Shown here piece by piece: positions 1 through 13,024 of a DNA stretch of 64,000 nucleotides. Origin of the DNA: Yuukianura sp. NJ FZ-2021 (taxonomy: Eukaryota). Location: NCBI GenBank assembly GCA_046563655.1, contig CM102283.1, positions 7,564,001-7,628,000 of the forward strand. Direction: 5' to 3'. Each line of letters begins with the position of its first letter. Positions within the stretch are counted from its first letter, which is position 1. The notes below the pieces were generated by a model. That model did no database searches. It was not told the origin of the DNA and saw only the letters and a list, made by a program, of their open reading frames with translations. A program made the translations under genes and the position numbers.

Positions 1-124
1 AAATCTAAAATTAATTAACCACAAATAATTGATTTCCAAACAGCTACAACAACAAAAAATCCATTGGTCTTTGAGCAACTTTTTAATAAATCCAACATTA
101 AAAATTCAGTTGTTTACGCCTTAC

Positions 125-200
125 TTCCGGAATGAGTTGGAGCCGAAGATGACAGGACCAATAGGACTAGCAGGAGGAACTGCAGTACTCCAGTCTTCAT
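125..200 (-). CDS. First (signal-peptide) exon of a secreted-protein gene continuing beyond the left window edge
   Basis: ATG at 200 gives MKTGVLQFLLLVLLVLSSSAPTHSG, followed by a GTAAG donor at 124. The rest of the gene was not identified in the window. Confidence 0.5.
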
Positions 201-722
201 TATTCACTTTTTGGCTACGTCATTAATTAATTGGTAATTAGCAATTAACTAATTAAGAATTAAATTGAAAAGAATTTGTTTTTGTTCTGACTTTGGGTTT
301 GACTAAAAGCTACCCAAACTCCAAAGTCAGGCTAAGAAATTCACTAAAGTGTAACTTCCTTATTTATGACAAATTGAAATTTTCCAAAAAATTGTTTTTT
401 TCAAAGACCATCACACCATCTAACTTTCTACAGAAGGCATTTGGAAAAAGTGACGATTAGGCTGAGAAATCCACTAAAGTGTAGTAACTTCCTTATTTTC
501 AAAAATGTTTTAAAATTTTTTAGAAAAACACTCTTACGTTTTGACGTTTCTTGAAAATTCAGGTTAGGATAAGTTGTTTCTCATCTCATCATTGTACGTC
601 TTTGGTAAACCCATTTCGTTTAATTCAAGTATTAGCGAACTCGAATAAGTAATGCATAATTTATTCAGTTTTTTAATTGTTAGAAGTAAGGTTGATGCTT
701 TCGTGTAGTGTGCGGGTGAATA

Positions 723-1528
723 TTAGACGTTTGCAGTGCATTTCCAAACCAAAATGCCCAGGTTTCCATTGTAGAAGACATTGACAAAGTGAAGCGCGTC
801 GTGGGAAATTTCGAACCCAAAGCATTCTCCGACAATTGCATGCCAACCCGGTCCGTAGATTCGATCCAAATTCTCTTTGATGCTTTTACAAGCAGCCTAC
901 AATACGAAGAGTATGGTTGAATACACAGGAGAAAATGACGAGTACGCGAGCGTAAAAGAATAAACTATAATAAAACTTATAATAAATACTTTTACCACGT
1001 AATCACCCAAGTTGTGCTCTACGGCAGCTACGACGAAGTCCGTAATGTCCGTTTTAGTGTCTTCCGGCAGGTCCACGTTCTCAAAAAGAAAACGAAAGTA
1101 ATCAATTTTAAAAAATTGTAATTCAACAGTGTTGCTGGATGGATGAAATATTTCTGCCACTCTCCTCGAAAGTGGTGGATATATCCGGATTTTATTGGTT
1201 TCTCGGACGAAACTCAATTTCGTCCATCGGAAACTGGATTTTATCCGGATTTATCCAGTGGATACAACCTGGACGAAGTGTCAAAAAAGTGGATATCCAG
1301 CAACACTGTTTAAGATATGATGAAAATTGTACTAACCCGGACGATTGCGTAAGTCGGCATGACCGGTTCCTCGGCAACCACTTCCCCTTCGGCATCAACG
1401 TCGCCTTCCTCGGCGGCAGCGTGAGTATCTGACGTGACGCTTTCATTATCCCCTGCTTCTGCGGCCTCCCCCTCTTCTTCTTCTCCTTCCTCGCCGGGTT
1501 CCAATGGGTCAATATCCTCAGTTGACAT
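723..1528 (-). CDS. DNAL4: Axonemal dynein light chain 4-like (LC8/DNAL4 family) with acidic N-terminal extension; 3 exons (1528-1337, 1079-996, 896-723)
   Basis: Spliced protein ends AACKSIKENLDRIYGPGWHAIVGECFGFEISHDALHFVNVFYNGNLGILVWKCTANV*, matching the DNAL4 pattern (W-H-x-I/V-x-G-E-x-F-G-F-E-I ... V-W-K-C). GT-AG introns keep the frame. Confidence 0.85.
1127..1308. mobile_element. MITE-like element in DNAL4 intron 1
   Basis: 14-bp perfect terminal inverted repeat CAGTGTTGCTGGAT / ATCCAGCAACACTG, with internal ATCCGGAT/GGACGA repeats. No clear target-site duplication. Confidence 0.6.
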
Positions 1529-1715
1529 CTTCACAGACGAATTTTCCTGTTGAATGAGCGAGGTATTCAAGAACTACTAAATATGGACGCGGAGGAAACA
1601 GGAATGCGACTGCGCAGCTACACGTCTCGGAACAGACAAAAATTGAGCAGAGATCCGCTCCGTGTGTGGAATCAAACACACAAGTTATAATTTAAATTGT
1701 GTTTCAACAATAGCA

Positions 1716-1730
1716 GTTGCCATGGGAAAT
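1716..1730 (-). promoter_or_regulatory. Candidate RFX X-box upstream of the ciliary dynein light chain gene
   Basis: Minus strand ATTTCC-CAT-GGCAAC fits RYYNYY-N1-3-RRNRAC and lies ~190 bp upstream of the DNAL4 ATG. Confidence 0.5.
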
Positions 1731-2137
1731 TCGGTTGAGCCAAAATTAAGACATTGGATTTAGACTTTTCGTGGAGACCGAGTATTCATTTCAATTTTAG
1801 ATTCAATGAGTTAAAATGTTATTGTACTTTCTATGTACCTTTCTATGTCCCATGATTTTTTGAAATTTCGAGATTTACCACAACAGTCAAAGTCCACTGA
1901 TTTTTTTAAACTTGATCTAAATTTTGCTTATCTAAATCTCGTGAGGCCATTGTCGCATTTTCCACCTGCCAAATGCATGGTGATAAGATGACTTTGGAAT
2001 GGAGATTAAATTCACCTGTTCACTCCAAAGTGAATCAGTAATCACTAACAGGATAAACAGCATTAGCAACTAGTTTTAAATTTATATAAAAGCATTTTCG
2101 TTCAAAACGTTCAATTTTCAAAATTAAGAATTTCGAA

Positions 2138-3575
2138 ATGAAAGGTTTCATTTTTGCAGTAGCTTGTTTTGGACTTGTTCTGAGTATATCGGCCTCGGCC
2201 GTGCCAAGTGACAATGGTAAGCTCGACATTTTTTTTACTTTTACTTTTCAAAATTTTTAAAAAGTTAACAACTATACTGATAATTTTTAGGATCTACTCA
2301 GCGATTTCTTGCGGAAACGTTAGTTCAAAATTTGAATCAAGAAATCCAACGATTAAATTTCTCTAACATTCCGGATCCACTGATCCTAGAAGATTTTTCA
2401 ATCGTTTTCAACCAGCTCAAATTTAACATTGGAGAACTATTTCCATTTCCAATTCCTTCAATTGACTTAGGTCTCGACATCGATTTGAACGGAAACGTCA
2501 GTGTTTGGTAAGTTTCAAAATTCCATGAAATTTGGACTAAAACTTACAATAATTTAAAATTTAATTCTATTTTGTACTTTGAATTTTTCATTGTTTCGTT
2601 TTTTAGTAACAATCCGACCATTACTGGTCTGTCTCTGACTGAATTCAGTGTGAGTCCAAAAATTGTGAGTCACGTGCTTACTGAAGTTCTGCTTGGAATC
2701 TACACGGAAACATTAACGTTTACGGGAGATGACAACATGTTCATCACTTATACTCAGGGTGGTAACGCTCCAAAAGATGTCAGAGGTGAAGGAAGTTTTG
2801 ACCTCGAAATGATCGGAGCCAAGTTTATGGCATTATTCAATGTTAACATCAATGACAAGAAATTTAACATTTCGGAATTGGATTTACACTTTGGATTTGA
2901 CTGTTTTGCACTCAATATGATTGGCACAACGGTGGATAACGTTGAACCAAACTGGCAACAGTTTAGCACTGGCTTTAAAAAGGCGGTAGATACTTTTTGG
3001 AGTGAGATCAAACCGGCATTGGAAGATTTGCTGCAAGGCTTCATCAATTTAATTGTTTGGGTACGTTGTATTATTAAGTTTCGCCACCAACATTTAAAAA
3101 AATTGAAGAATTTAAAATTGACTAATTTATTGCTTGTAGCCTTGCGAATTAAGTGAGCTCTTGGCAGGAGAGTGTAAGTCATATTTTTTAAACAGATCAA
3201 CGTAAACAAAAAAATTAAAACAGAAATTATGCAAAATACGAGCTTCTTTTTATTTTTATTTTTTTTTTAAATTTTGTGATTGGTTTAAAAATTTCAGTTG
3301 ATTGTTTGCTATTGCCCCGGAAGAGGATAGACGAAGTTTTATCACAGTTAGCGGAACATTTCAAATCCAATTCTGCTTTACCACCAACATGTCCAGTGAA
3401 TGTACCACAAATTCCGACACAACCAGAAGCCATTTGCGACATGAGTGAATTCATCGACGACGTTCCAACGCATGAACCCAGTGGATCATATGCATCTGCG
3501 GTTCAATTCAATTTCACCTTTGCCTTCATTCTGATGTTGCTCACCGTGTTTTCAAAAAAATTCTTGCTTTTTTGA
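2138..3575 (+). CDS. Secreted JHBP/takeout(TULIP)-like protein, array gene 1; 5 exons (2138-2216, 2291-2507, 2607-3060, 3140-3173, 3298-3575); hydrophobic GPI-like C-tail
   Basis: Signal peptide MKGFIFAVACFGLVLSISASA; IPDPL and NNPTITGLS segments recall JHBP/takeout; 34-bp Cys micro-exon; tail FTFAFILMLLTVF. Confidence 0.7.
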
Positions 3576-4153
3576 AAAGCCGTTGTCGAAATTTTTCTAA
3601 AGTTTCACTGAAAATACACGTTAATTTATTTCTATGTAAACTTCAATAAAATATAAATGCTACAAACATAATTGAAAATCTCTACTTTATTTTTGTGTAC
3701 ATAAAATTGCAAAAAATTAATTGCTAATTTCTAGCCCTGTAACAAGCAAGCACGGAACAAGTCATGAAGCTTACAGCTATCATAAATGTTTGCTTTTGAT
3801 TAAATTTTTAGTTAAAATTTTTAGAAATCAAAATTTCGAGGTTTTTCCGACAATTCTGCACGGTTTTGAAGTGGGATTTAATCACGGTCAACAATCTAAC
3901 CTTGAAACTCACCACCGACATGAATGTCACTCAAAAACTAGTAATCTGCTTTGATATTAAAAATTTATGGCGATTGGAATAACAATTTGAAGTGATTCCA
4001 GGTGCGAAATGCTTGCTTAATTTCTAATTCTTCAGAAATAAGGTTCTGGATTATCCTAATAAATTTTAGCACTTTCACACCTAAAGTAACAACTTAAAAG
4101 CCAGCCTTTAAAGTATTCCAATAATTTGAAACAAAGTTCAGGATTTTTCTAAA

Positions 4154-5573
4154 ATGGCAAATTTGGGGTTCGCTTTTATTTTGGCCTTGGCTTGTCTATC
4201 ATCGGTTTCTGCTGGACGGAGGATTCCAAATTTGAGTGGTAATTTTTTCAAAATACAAAAAAAAAGTGTTGCTATTTTTCAATTTTATTTTTGAAATTTC
4301 CTTTAAAAAATCTCTAATTTTGGCAGAAATCGAATCGGAACTGACCACAGGTTTGTTGAGACAATTTTTTGGCCACTTCAAGGGCGTCCATGCGCAGACT
4401 CCAGATGACTTCATCTTGGACGACGCAGTTGGAGGAATCCAAGCCAACTTGATTCCGATTTTGCCGCCACTCCCGGATCCGCTTTACCTCAACGACACCG
4501 AAGTCGTCATTCCAGAAGAAAATGCTACGATCGTTTTCGGATATTCTTCGTCATGGTAAGCCTATCCGCAAAAGTTCCATGCTAGTGCTTCGAACAGAAA
4601 TGTTTCGAATGGAATTGTTTCGAAAAATAATTCCTTCGAAACGCTCATTTTTATGCCTCACCCTAACTTAATGCAGCCTAAAATAACTTAACTTAAACTA
4701 GCTTAATCTAATCCAAATTAACTTAATTTAAGTCTTAAACCCTAAACAATTTGTGTCCCGAAACATAAATTTTTCGAAACAATTCACGTTTGAAACAATC
4801 CTTTCGAAACAATTGCGTGCCCCATGCTCATACACAATTTCATAACTTTTTTTCTTTGTTTCAGGAACTCCAATGTTACTGGACTGTCTCAGTTGCTTGA
4901 CAACTTCACTCTGACCCCAACCCCTGACCACGAATTCCTGTTCAAATATACCATTGACATGCCAACTGTGAAGATCATGGGAATTCACGATACTGTCATG
5001 ACATTCATGCCACTCCAGGCACAAATCAACAGCACTGGAGACTACTCAATTGAATTTACTACTGCCCACGTTGGAGTAGCAATCAAGGTCAAGATTCTGT
5101 TGGAGAATGCTGTAGAGGTCACGAGTGCTTCCCTGGACATAGCATTTGATGAACTCGAAATCTTTACAACAGAAACAACTATTGGGGGTACACCAATTCC
5201 ATGGCCAATCTTTAACAGAGTGATTGATGAGAAATTCGAAGAATTCTGGGCTGCAAGCAAACCGAACATTGACATCCTGGTGGCATTTGCTCTCAATTTC
5301 GTTCTAGAGGTAACCAGAATTGTTGAAACTACTTAAAATATAAAAAACTTGTTTTGAAATTTAAAAATTTTGAATACTATAATCGCTTGATTTACAATTC
5401 TTATTGCAGGATTGCCGATTCACTGATATTATCTCAGGAAACAGTAAGTTTCATAATTTAAAAAAAAACAATTTTGAAATTTTTGAAATTAATTTTATTC
5501 TTGTTTTCTAGTTGAGTGTATCGTCGGTACTCCAGAAGAAGGAGAACCCACTTTCTACGGACGTAAACACTAG
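4154..5573 (+). CDS. JHBP/takeout-like array gene 2; 5 exons; short C-terminus without hydrophobic tail
   Basis: Signal peptide MANLGFAFILALACLSSVSA; LPDPLYL and WNSNVTGLS; micro-exon DCRFTDIISGN; last exon IECIVGTPEEGEPTFYGRKH*. Confidence 0.7.
4584..4821. mobile_element. Foldback/MITE-like insertion in intron 2 of array gene 2
   Basis: Arrays of TTCGAAA-type motifs at both ends around a (CTAAC/TTAAC)-rich core, flanked by duplicated CCATGCT (4577-4583, 4822-4828). The intron is ~310 bp versus roughly 70-125 bp in paralogs. Confidence 0.5.
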
Positions 5574-5702
5574 TAAAACTGCCATTTTCTCAAAATTTGA
5601 TAGAATTCCAAACTATAAATTCCATAAAAAATTCCCTTTTTGCTTCTAAATAAAATTCGGCTGGCTTTAACTTTTTGACAACCTTAAAAGTTCATTATTT
5701 AG

Positions 5703-6348
5703 AAGTTCGTCCCCAAGTCAAAATTTTAGACATTCCTGAGAATTAGGAGTTCATCCCCAAGTCAAAATTTTAGACATTCCTGAGAATTACGAGTTCGTCA
5801 CCAAGTCAAAATTTTAGACATTCCTGAGAATTACGAGTTCGTCCCCAAGTCAAAATTTTAGACATTCCTGAGAATTAAGAGTTCGTCCCCAAGTCAAAAT
5901 TTTAGACATTCCTGAGAATTAGGAGTTCGTCCCCAAGTCAAAATTTTAGACATTCCTGAGAATTACGAGTTCGTCCCCAAGTCAAAATTTTAGACATTCC
6001 TGAGAATTAAGAGTTCGTCCCCAAGTCAAAATTTTAGACATTCCTGAGAATTAGGAGTTCGTCCCCAAGTCAAAATTTTAGACATTCCTGAGAATTAGGA
6101 GTTCGTCACCAAGTCAAAATTTTAGACATTCCTGAGAATTACGAGTTCGTCACCAAGTCAAAATTTTAGACATTCCTGAGAATTACGAGTTCGTCACCAA
6201 GTCAAAATTTTAGAAATTCCTGAGAATTACGAGTTCGTCACCAAGTCAAAATTTTAGACATTCCTGAGAATTACGAGTTCGTCACCAAGTCAAAATTTTA
6301 GACATTCCTGAGAATTACGAGTTCGTCACCCAGTCAAAATTTTAGAAA
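5703..6348. repeat. 44-bp minisatellite, ~14.7 head-to-tail copies
   Basis: Unit GAGTTCGTC(C/A)CCAAGTCAAAATTTTAGACATTCCTGAGAATTA(G/C/A), repeated with no spacers. Confidence 0.95.
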
Positions 6349-7104
6349 CAAGTTTAATTTTCAAAATGTAAGTTGAACTGGAGCAAACGATTTTCTTGAA
6401 GTCTTTTGCAGCTAAATTTTGCAAACCTTTTCAATACGGTTTCGGTTTCATATTATTTGACTCACCTTGTCAAATTATTGTGTCAAAACTTGATGAATTC
6501 AAGGAGGACATTTTCTGTTGATTGGTTCAGCCTTTTCGGTGTTCAGTTTTTTTTATTGCGTTACTTGTTTTTGAAGAGCCTGAAATACCCAGTCTTTTGA
6601 ATTGGTGTCAATGTCAAATCAACATGTCAAATCCATTGTGAATATTGATCTTTTGGATGTTTCCAAGTGACATCGAATTAACCTGTTAAATATTTCTGCT
6701 AACACTTCCAATTTTCTGGGCGTGGCATCCGACCAACTTCAAAAAATTTTCATTTTGTTAGAAACTTAGCATTCTACCATTAAATACCGCGTAATCTAGA
6801 CAGACTAGAAGAATTTCTAAAAATTTTAACAGTGTTTTTTGAACACTTACTTACTGCTGTGACCTTTGACCTTCACAAGTGTGTCGAAATTTCCTAAAAT
6901 AAAGTTCAACTTTGATACAATACACATGTCAATTTCGATTTAAATTGGTGATAAACATTTGTCAAAATACTTCAAATCTTTGACGCTAATCACTATTCCA
7001 AAATGTGATAACTATTTCAAAATTTTTAGCATTTTTAAAGTTTATAGTGCTATAGACTTTGCAGGGGAAACTTTATATCCGAATTTTCCAAAAATCGAAG
7101 CAAA

Positions 7105-8604
7105 ATGTCGTTTTCAGCGAAAGTACTGGCAGTACTTTTAGTTGCTACTGTTGCAGTTTGTTCAGGTCAAAATGAAATTGACTCTGTCCAACCTGGCTCA
7201 GCTACTGGTAACTTCTAACAAGTTTCATTAAAAAATTTTTTTCTTTCACAAAATTGTTTAAAAAATTTCGACTTGAAATTGGTCGTTTTAGATTCGGGAT
7301 TGAAAAATTATGTAATTTCTAAACTTTCAGAACTCCAAGAAAAGTTGGGGAAAATTTTGGCCCTGAAATTTATTGACTACTATTTCAAAAATGCTGAACT
7401 TAACACCGATGCTGCCAATCTTTTTCCAATTATTCCGCCATTTGAAGAAGACGTCGCAGCATTGGCCGACATGGCACTAACTATTCCAGAAGATTCAATT
7501 CTCTCAGGATTAATTTATGGCAACGTTTCGTTTTGGTAAAATAGAATTAAAAAAAATTTTTTTGAAAATTTTGAATTTTGTATTAACTTTTACTTTTGTA
7601 TGTCAGTCAAGTGCAAGCCAGTGGACTCACGACTATTTGGAATGACCTCGGCGGACAAGTCGATGAGCCTGGTCCTTCTGGAAGCATAAATTTCACATTG
7701 ACAATTGGCGATCTAAATTTTGACGGACTCGACGACATTTTGGTCCACGTTTTAGAAGGAGTAGACAAAATTACTGCCAATGGAAATTTCCATTTTGGGA
7801 TAAATGGACTTTATTTCAATGCGATTTTGAATCTGGCTAACATTGACATTTTTAGTAAAATTGACATAACTGGAGCTAGTTTGGACATGACTTTAGGTGG
7901 ATTGGAAATCTACTTTGAAAATGCAACTGAAAATGATATCCCAGTTCCAGAGGGGGATTGGCCCGAAATTAGTCAAAATGTTACTACCGCCGTTACGCTG
8001 CTCTGGAAGAATACGCTGGATCCAATTCTGGAATGGCTTCTGCCAGGGCCAATTGGAAACTTAATTTCGGTACTAATCAAAAGCACTCCAAATACATGTT
8101 AATTCTTATCATTGATTTCAAAAAACGAAAGTGTTTTTTCTTTAAATTTTCAGGAATGCAGATTGGTTGACTTTGTTTTTCGCAACTGTAAGCTATTTTT
8201 AAACTATCGGTTTAATTTTTTTTAGATTTGGAAAAAATTTCCTCACATTTTCAATGTGTAAAATTTTTGTTTATATTTTTTGATTTGTAGTTACGTGTAT
8301 TGGAGCACCAGCTGGAACCGACGGAATCCAGAAATTAATTTTGGACGAAATGGCGGATCTTGTACAGGTTTCGGATTTGGCTTCATGCCCAGCCTCAGCT
8401 CAAACGACTTCGAAAGCCGAGAAAGTTCAGAATTCAACAAATAACAACGCAACGGGTGCGAAAAAAGGTGATGGACCGCGCATGAGCAAACCAGCCTCTC
8501 ATAGAAGCGATTCCAAAAAATCTGGTGCCAACTTTCCAGTTCCACCAATGGCGCCAATTGCCTCTATTCCATTTTTCCTGCTTGCTTTCAATGGTGTCGA
8601 ATAA
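7105..8604 (+). CDS. JHBP/takeout-like array gene 3; 5 exons
   Basis: Signal peptide MSFSAKVLAVLLVATVAVCSG; exon 2 ends GNVSF(TG|); micro-exon ECRLVDFVFRN; C-terminus PIASIPFFLLAFNGVE*. Confidence 0.7.
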
Positions 8605-9081
8605 ACTAACGAAAGTTGGGGTATTCTCTTGACCATCATATCAATTGTACATGAATTAATTGCGATTTTTGCGAATTCTGAACAACTTGCAAAAGTAAAG
8701 TTACTTAAGATTAGTTAGCAGTTTTACCTTCTACACATTGATGTCTGAGATGATCATGTATAAATTATGGTTTTTACCAGTTTTAATGGTGTGCCAATGT
8801 TGTCCAGGTTCCAGAAATTGGACAATCGGTGATTTGTGAAACGATTTAATAACAACCCTAATCATACAGGATGTGACACTCAAGTTAGACAATACTCGTA
8901 CGTCGTTCGTGTGTAATCAGATGAAAATATGACGATAAAAACAGTGTTAAAAAACGAATGACAGGAGAAAACGAATACACTTCACTCAACCTTTATAATT
9001 CACGGAGTTTTTGCTGACACTTTTGACCTTTGACCGTAAATTGGAATTATTTTGTTTGTACATTATAAATCGATACCAAAA

Positions 9082-10526
9082 ATGCAGTTTGGAGTAGGAG
9101 GGTTCCTTTTGTTGCTAGTTTCAACAACGGCTGCAGCCAAATTTGTTCCAGAAAATTTGCCAGAAATTTCAAATTTTGATTTGCTAGACTTTCCAGAGCT
9201 AAATCAAGGTAACCGTTTTAGGATAGAAAAAGAGAAGAAGTTTTTTTTTTCAAAAATTAGAAATTTAAATTTTTTTTAACAGAAATACCAACCAAATTGG
9301 GCCGAATTTTGTCTTTGGCTTTCATCAACTACCTCACTAGAGTCGAAATTCCAAAAAACTTGGACACAGAAACCAATGGAGAACCTTTGCGCCCAGTCTT
9401 TCCGCCATTTGAAGACGACGTTATGAACCTTGCCGACGTTCATGTTCACATACCAGAAGCGTCTAATCTTTCCAAATTGATTTCGGGCGACATTCACTTC
9501 TGGTATGAAAACGAAAAATGTAAAACATTCGAAATTTAAAAATATTTATTAAACTTTTTGTTTCGTCGCAGTAACTCTTCAATCAGTGGACTTATGAACA
9601 TCACCAACGACCTCAGATTTAACCTCAGCTCGCTTCCGCGGGCGAAATTGAACTTTGTCCTTTACACTGGAGCACTCCATATCAAAGGTCTTCAGGACTT
9701 GGACTTTAATCTCCACGTACGACAAGGCAAGAACCATGATTTTATGTCAAGTGAAGACTACTTCTTTGAAATTTCCGGCATCACGTTGGACATAACAGCT
9801 GAAATTGAAAATATTTGGACAAAATTGAATGTGACTAAATTTAAAATTGAGGAAGCTTCATTTGATCAAATTCGAATGAATTTTCAAAATGCTGTTTACA
9901 ATGATGGAGTACTCAATGATCGGACTTGGGCAGCATTCAGTGTAGCAGTTTCAAAAATGTTAAATAGCATTATAAGTCATCAGCTTGTTCCGATCCTGAA
10001 CTTAATTTTGCCACCAATTGTTCACGACTTGATGGACGTAAGTTTTGAATAAGATTTTTTTTAATGTAATTTTTATTTAGCAGTTTGTTTCTATGTACTT
10101 ATTAAAATAATGTTGGAATTGTAGGAGTGCCATCTATCGAACATCATCGTCGGAAATTGTAAGTCGCTCATTGGGTTCCAATACGGAAAGTACCAATGAA
10201 AAAGTGTAAATACTTTTCAACATTTCTTTCGTTTTTGGAAATTTAAAAAACGAATCGTTTTGTAATTATTTGTAGTTTCCTGCGTCGGAGCTAACTCGAC
10301 TGCCAGTTTGAGTGAACTAATTTTGATGGAATTGTCACCATTCATCACCGCAAATGGCAACTCCACCGTCTGCCCAGTACCAGGCAATGGAGGTGGTGAT
10401 TTGCCGGTTACTACGCCTGTGCCAGAGTTCCCGGTAACAATTCCCGGCATTCCAGGAGGGATCAACACAGTCATTGTGCTTAACGACGTTAATTTCACCA
10501 ACGTCAGCTTCAATGTCGTCGGTTGA
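9082..10526 (+). CDS. JHBP/takeout-like array gene 4; 5 exons
   Basis: Signal peptide MQFGVGGFLLLLVSTTAAA; same intron phases as paralogs; micro-exon ECHLSNIIVGN; close paralog of gene 5. Confidence 0.7.
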
Positions 10527-10896
10527 AGATTATGAGTTTTAACAACGGTCATAACTTCCTTCCAACGTTAAAGTTCTTTCTTCAAGAATTGGTTTAAAAA
10601 ATCCTGTGGAAAATTGGCTCGAAACTAAAATAAAAGCATTCGACACTTAATGAAGTGGTTCCAGATGCGTATCAAGTTATGGGTAGCTACATTAATAGAA
10701 ATTGAGCCTGTCAGTCCAAATTAGTGATAAAAACCTAATCAGAATTTTTTTTTGGAAATCCAAAATTTTCAATTGCACTTGAACTATTTTTCGCTTTCGA
10801 TCAGCTCAATCAGTTAAAGGAAAACTGAAGTTGGATAGAAATCATTAGAGTCCAGCCTTTCCTAACTGAAATTCATCGAAAGTCAAAATTTCAAGA

Positions 10897-12365
10897 ATGG
10901 AGAAAATCCTGATTTTGATTTTTGCAACGGCAATTTGCATTTCCGCTGCGCAGATCGCAAATTCCGATTTTGAGTTTGATTTGTCGAAGTTTCCAGAGCT
11001 AAGCCAAGGTAAATTTTTGAAGTGCTAATTTTTGCAACACACAAACTTTTTTTTTCTAAATTTGAAATTTGTAACAGAAATTCAAACCAAATTGGGCCGA
11101 ATTTTGTCCTTGGCTTTCATCAGCTACCTCTCAAGAGTCGAAATTCCACACAATTCGGATTTGGGAGTCAAAAGTTTACCTGATGTGGATGCAGTGTTGC
11201 TTTCTGGACTTCAATTTTTGAATTTCGAAGAAGGCGGGCAGTCTCTGCGACCTGTTATTCCTGGATTCGAAAATGACGTTATGGAACTTGCAGACGTTCA
11301 TCTTAACTTTCCAGAAGACTCTGGCATTTCCGAATGGATTACGGGATATATGCATTTCTGGTATAAAAACGAAAAACGAATCTTAAATAAAATAAGAAAG
11401 TTGAACTTTTTCTTTTGCCGCGCAGTGACTCTTCAATCAGTGGACTAACGACCATCACCAACGACCTCCGATTTAACTTCAGTTCGCATCCGCGGATGAA
11501 ATTGAACTTTGTCCTTAACACTGGAGCACTTCGTATAGAAGGTCTGCAGGACTTGGACTTTTTCCTCCACTTCCTACCGAACAGCGCAGGTCATGATTTC
11601 ATGTCAAGTGAAGACTTCTTTTTTGAAATTTCGGGCATCACATTGGACATAACAGCTGAAATTGAAAATATTTGGACCAAATTCAATGTGGAAAACTTTA
11701 AAATTGAGGAAGTTTCATTTGACCGACTTCGAATGAATTTTCACAATGCTGTTTACAATGATGGAACACTCATCAGTGATGAGAGATGGGTAATAGTCAG
11801 CATTGCATTTACACAATTGTTAAATTACCTTCTAACTAATACGCTTACACCAATCCTCAACTTTATTTTGCCACCAATTGTTCACGACTTGATGGACGTA
11901 AGTTATTTGAACAAGTTTTTCTAGAATATTTTAAAATTGTAAAAAATTCACAAAACTTTTGAAACATTTCATATTTCAGGAATGCAGACTTTGGAACATC
12001 ATCATTGGAGAATGTAAAAGCAATATTTTTTCTTGCCCAATTTTTTAAAAAAGTAACAACACACCAATTTCTGATTTTTTCTTGCTATAGTTAGCTGTGT
12101 TGGAAAGGCACCAGAAAATGAACCAGCAGGACTACTTGACCATGGCCCTCACGAAATGTTGAAAAGCGAAGTTTTGAATTTCCCGGGTTTTTCGAAATTT
12201 GGAACTTTTTCTGACAGTGACATTTGTCCCATTACCAATTTGACTCTAACCCCAGAAACCACGACGGTGGCACCACCAGAAAGCACAACACCGGCCGCAG
12301 GCGCAGAGTTGAAAGCCTCCATCGTTATTTCTTTTGCGTTTCTTGCTTTGTTGATCAAATTTTAA
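10897..12365 (+). CDS. JHBP/takeout-like array gene 5; 5 exons; Thr/Pro stalk and GPI-like tail
   Basis: Signal peptide MEKILILIFATAICISAA; exon 3 is highly similar to that of gene 4; tail PETTTVAPPESTTPAAGAELKASIVISFAFLALLIKF*. Confidence 0.72.
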
Positions 12366-13024
12366 ATTGTACATTTGTTCTGTCTTTCTTCACAAAATTT
12401 AAATTGTTCAAATAAATTTGGCCTCATTTGTTCAAAATGTCTTTTCAAAAGTTACGCTTAAGTCACATTAAGCTGATTTAGCATGTGACCTGCTGGATCC
12501 CTACTTGATGATGACCTTCTCAAAATTTAGTCGGATTAATCAAAAAGCTGAAGTACTCAAAAACAATTATATTGTAAAAAGTTACAAATAAATTCTGTTC
12601 AAAATGATAACAAAAAGCTTTTAATTTTTGATTGATCGCACCTGGATTTTTGATGAAAAAAAGCAGCGACATTGGACTGGACTTGGACACGGGCTAATCT
12701 GGAAGTTGAAAGTTTATCGATAATTTGCGCTGATGGTCACGATGAAATATGTGGCCATGATGATCAGTTGGATGGACACTTCAGAGGTGTGAATCTTCGC
12801 ACTTTTGCTAGGTGTCGAAATAGTTACTAAAGCTGTGGATAAGCATTTCTGGTTTCATCCAATCAAAATCGAGCTGGTTTAAAGTCCTCCAGATTTGGGA
12901 TTAAAATTTGTCATTGCCGAATTGAATATTTTTTGGTTCCAGAAAGTACAGTTGCTGAATAGGAATTGGTTGACGGAAGTTTTCAGTTTTCAGCATCGGA
13001 AAAATTCAGAAAGTGAATTCAAAA

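Noticed and set aside
329-498. Two ~37-bp direct repeats (AGGCTRAGAAATYCACTAAAGTGTA...ACTTCCTTATTT)
   Set aside because: Short local duplication with no further structure or evident function.
5703-6348. Possible CRISPR array
   Set aside because: Units are contiguous with no unique spacers, no cas genes are present, and the context is eukaryotic. It is a minisatellite.
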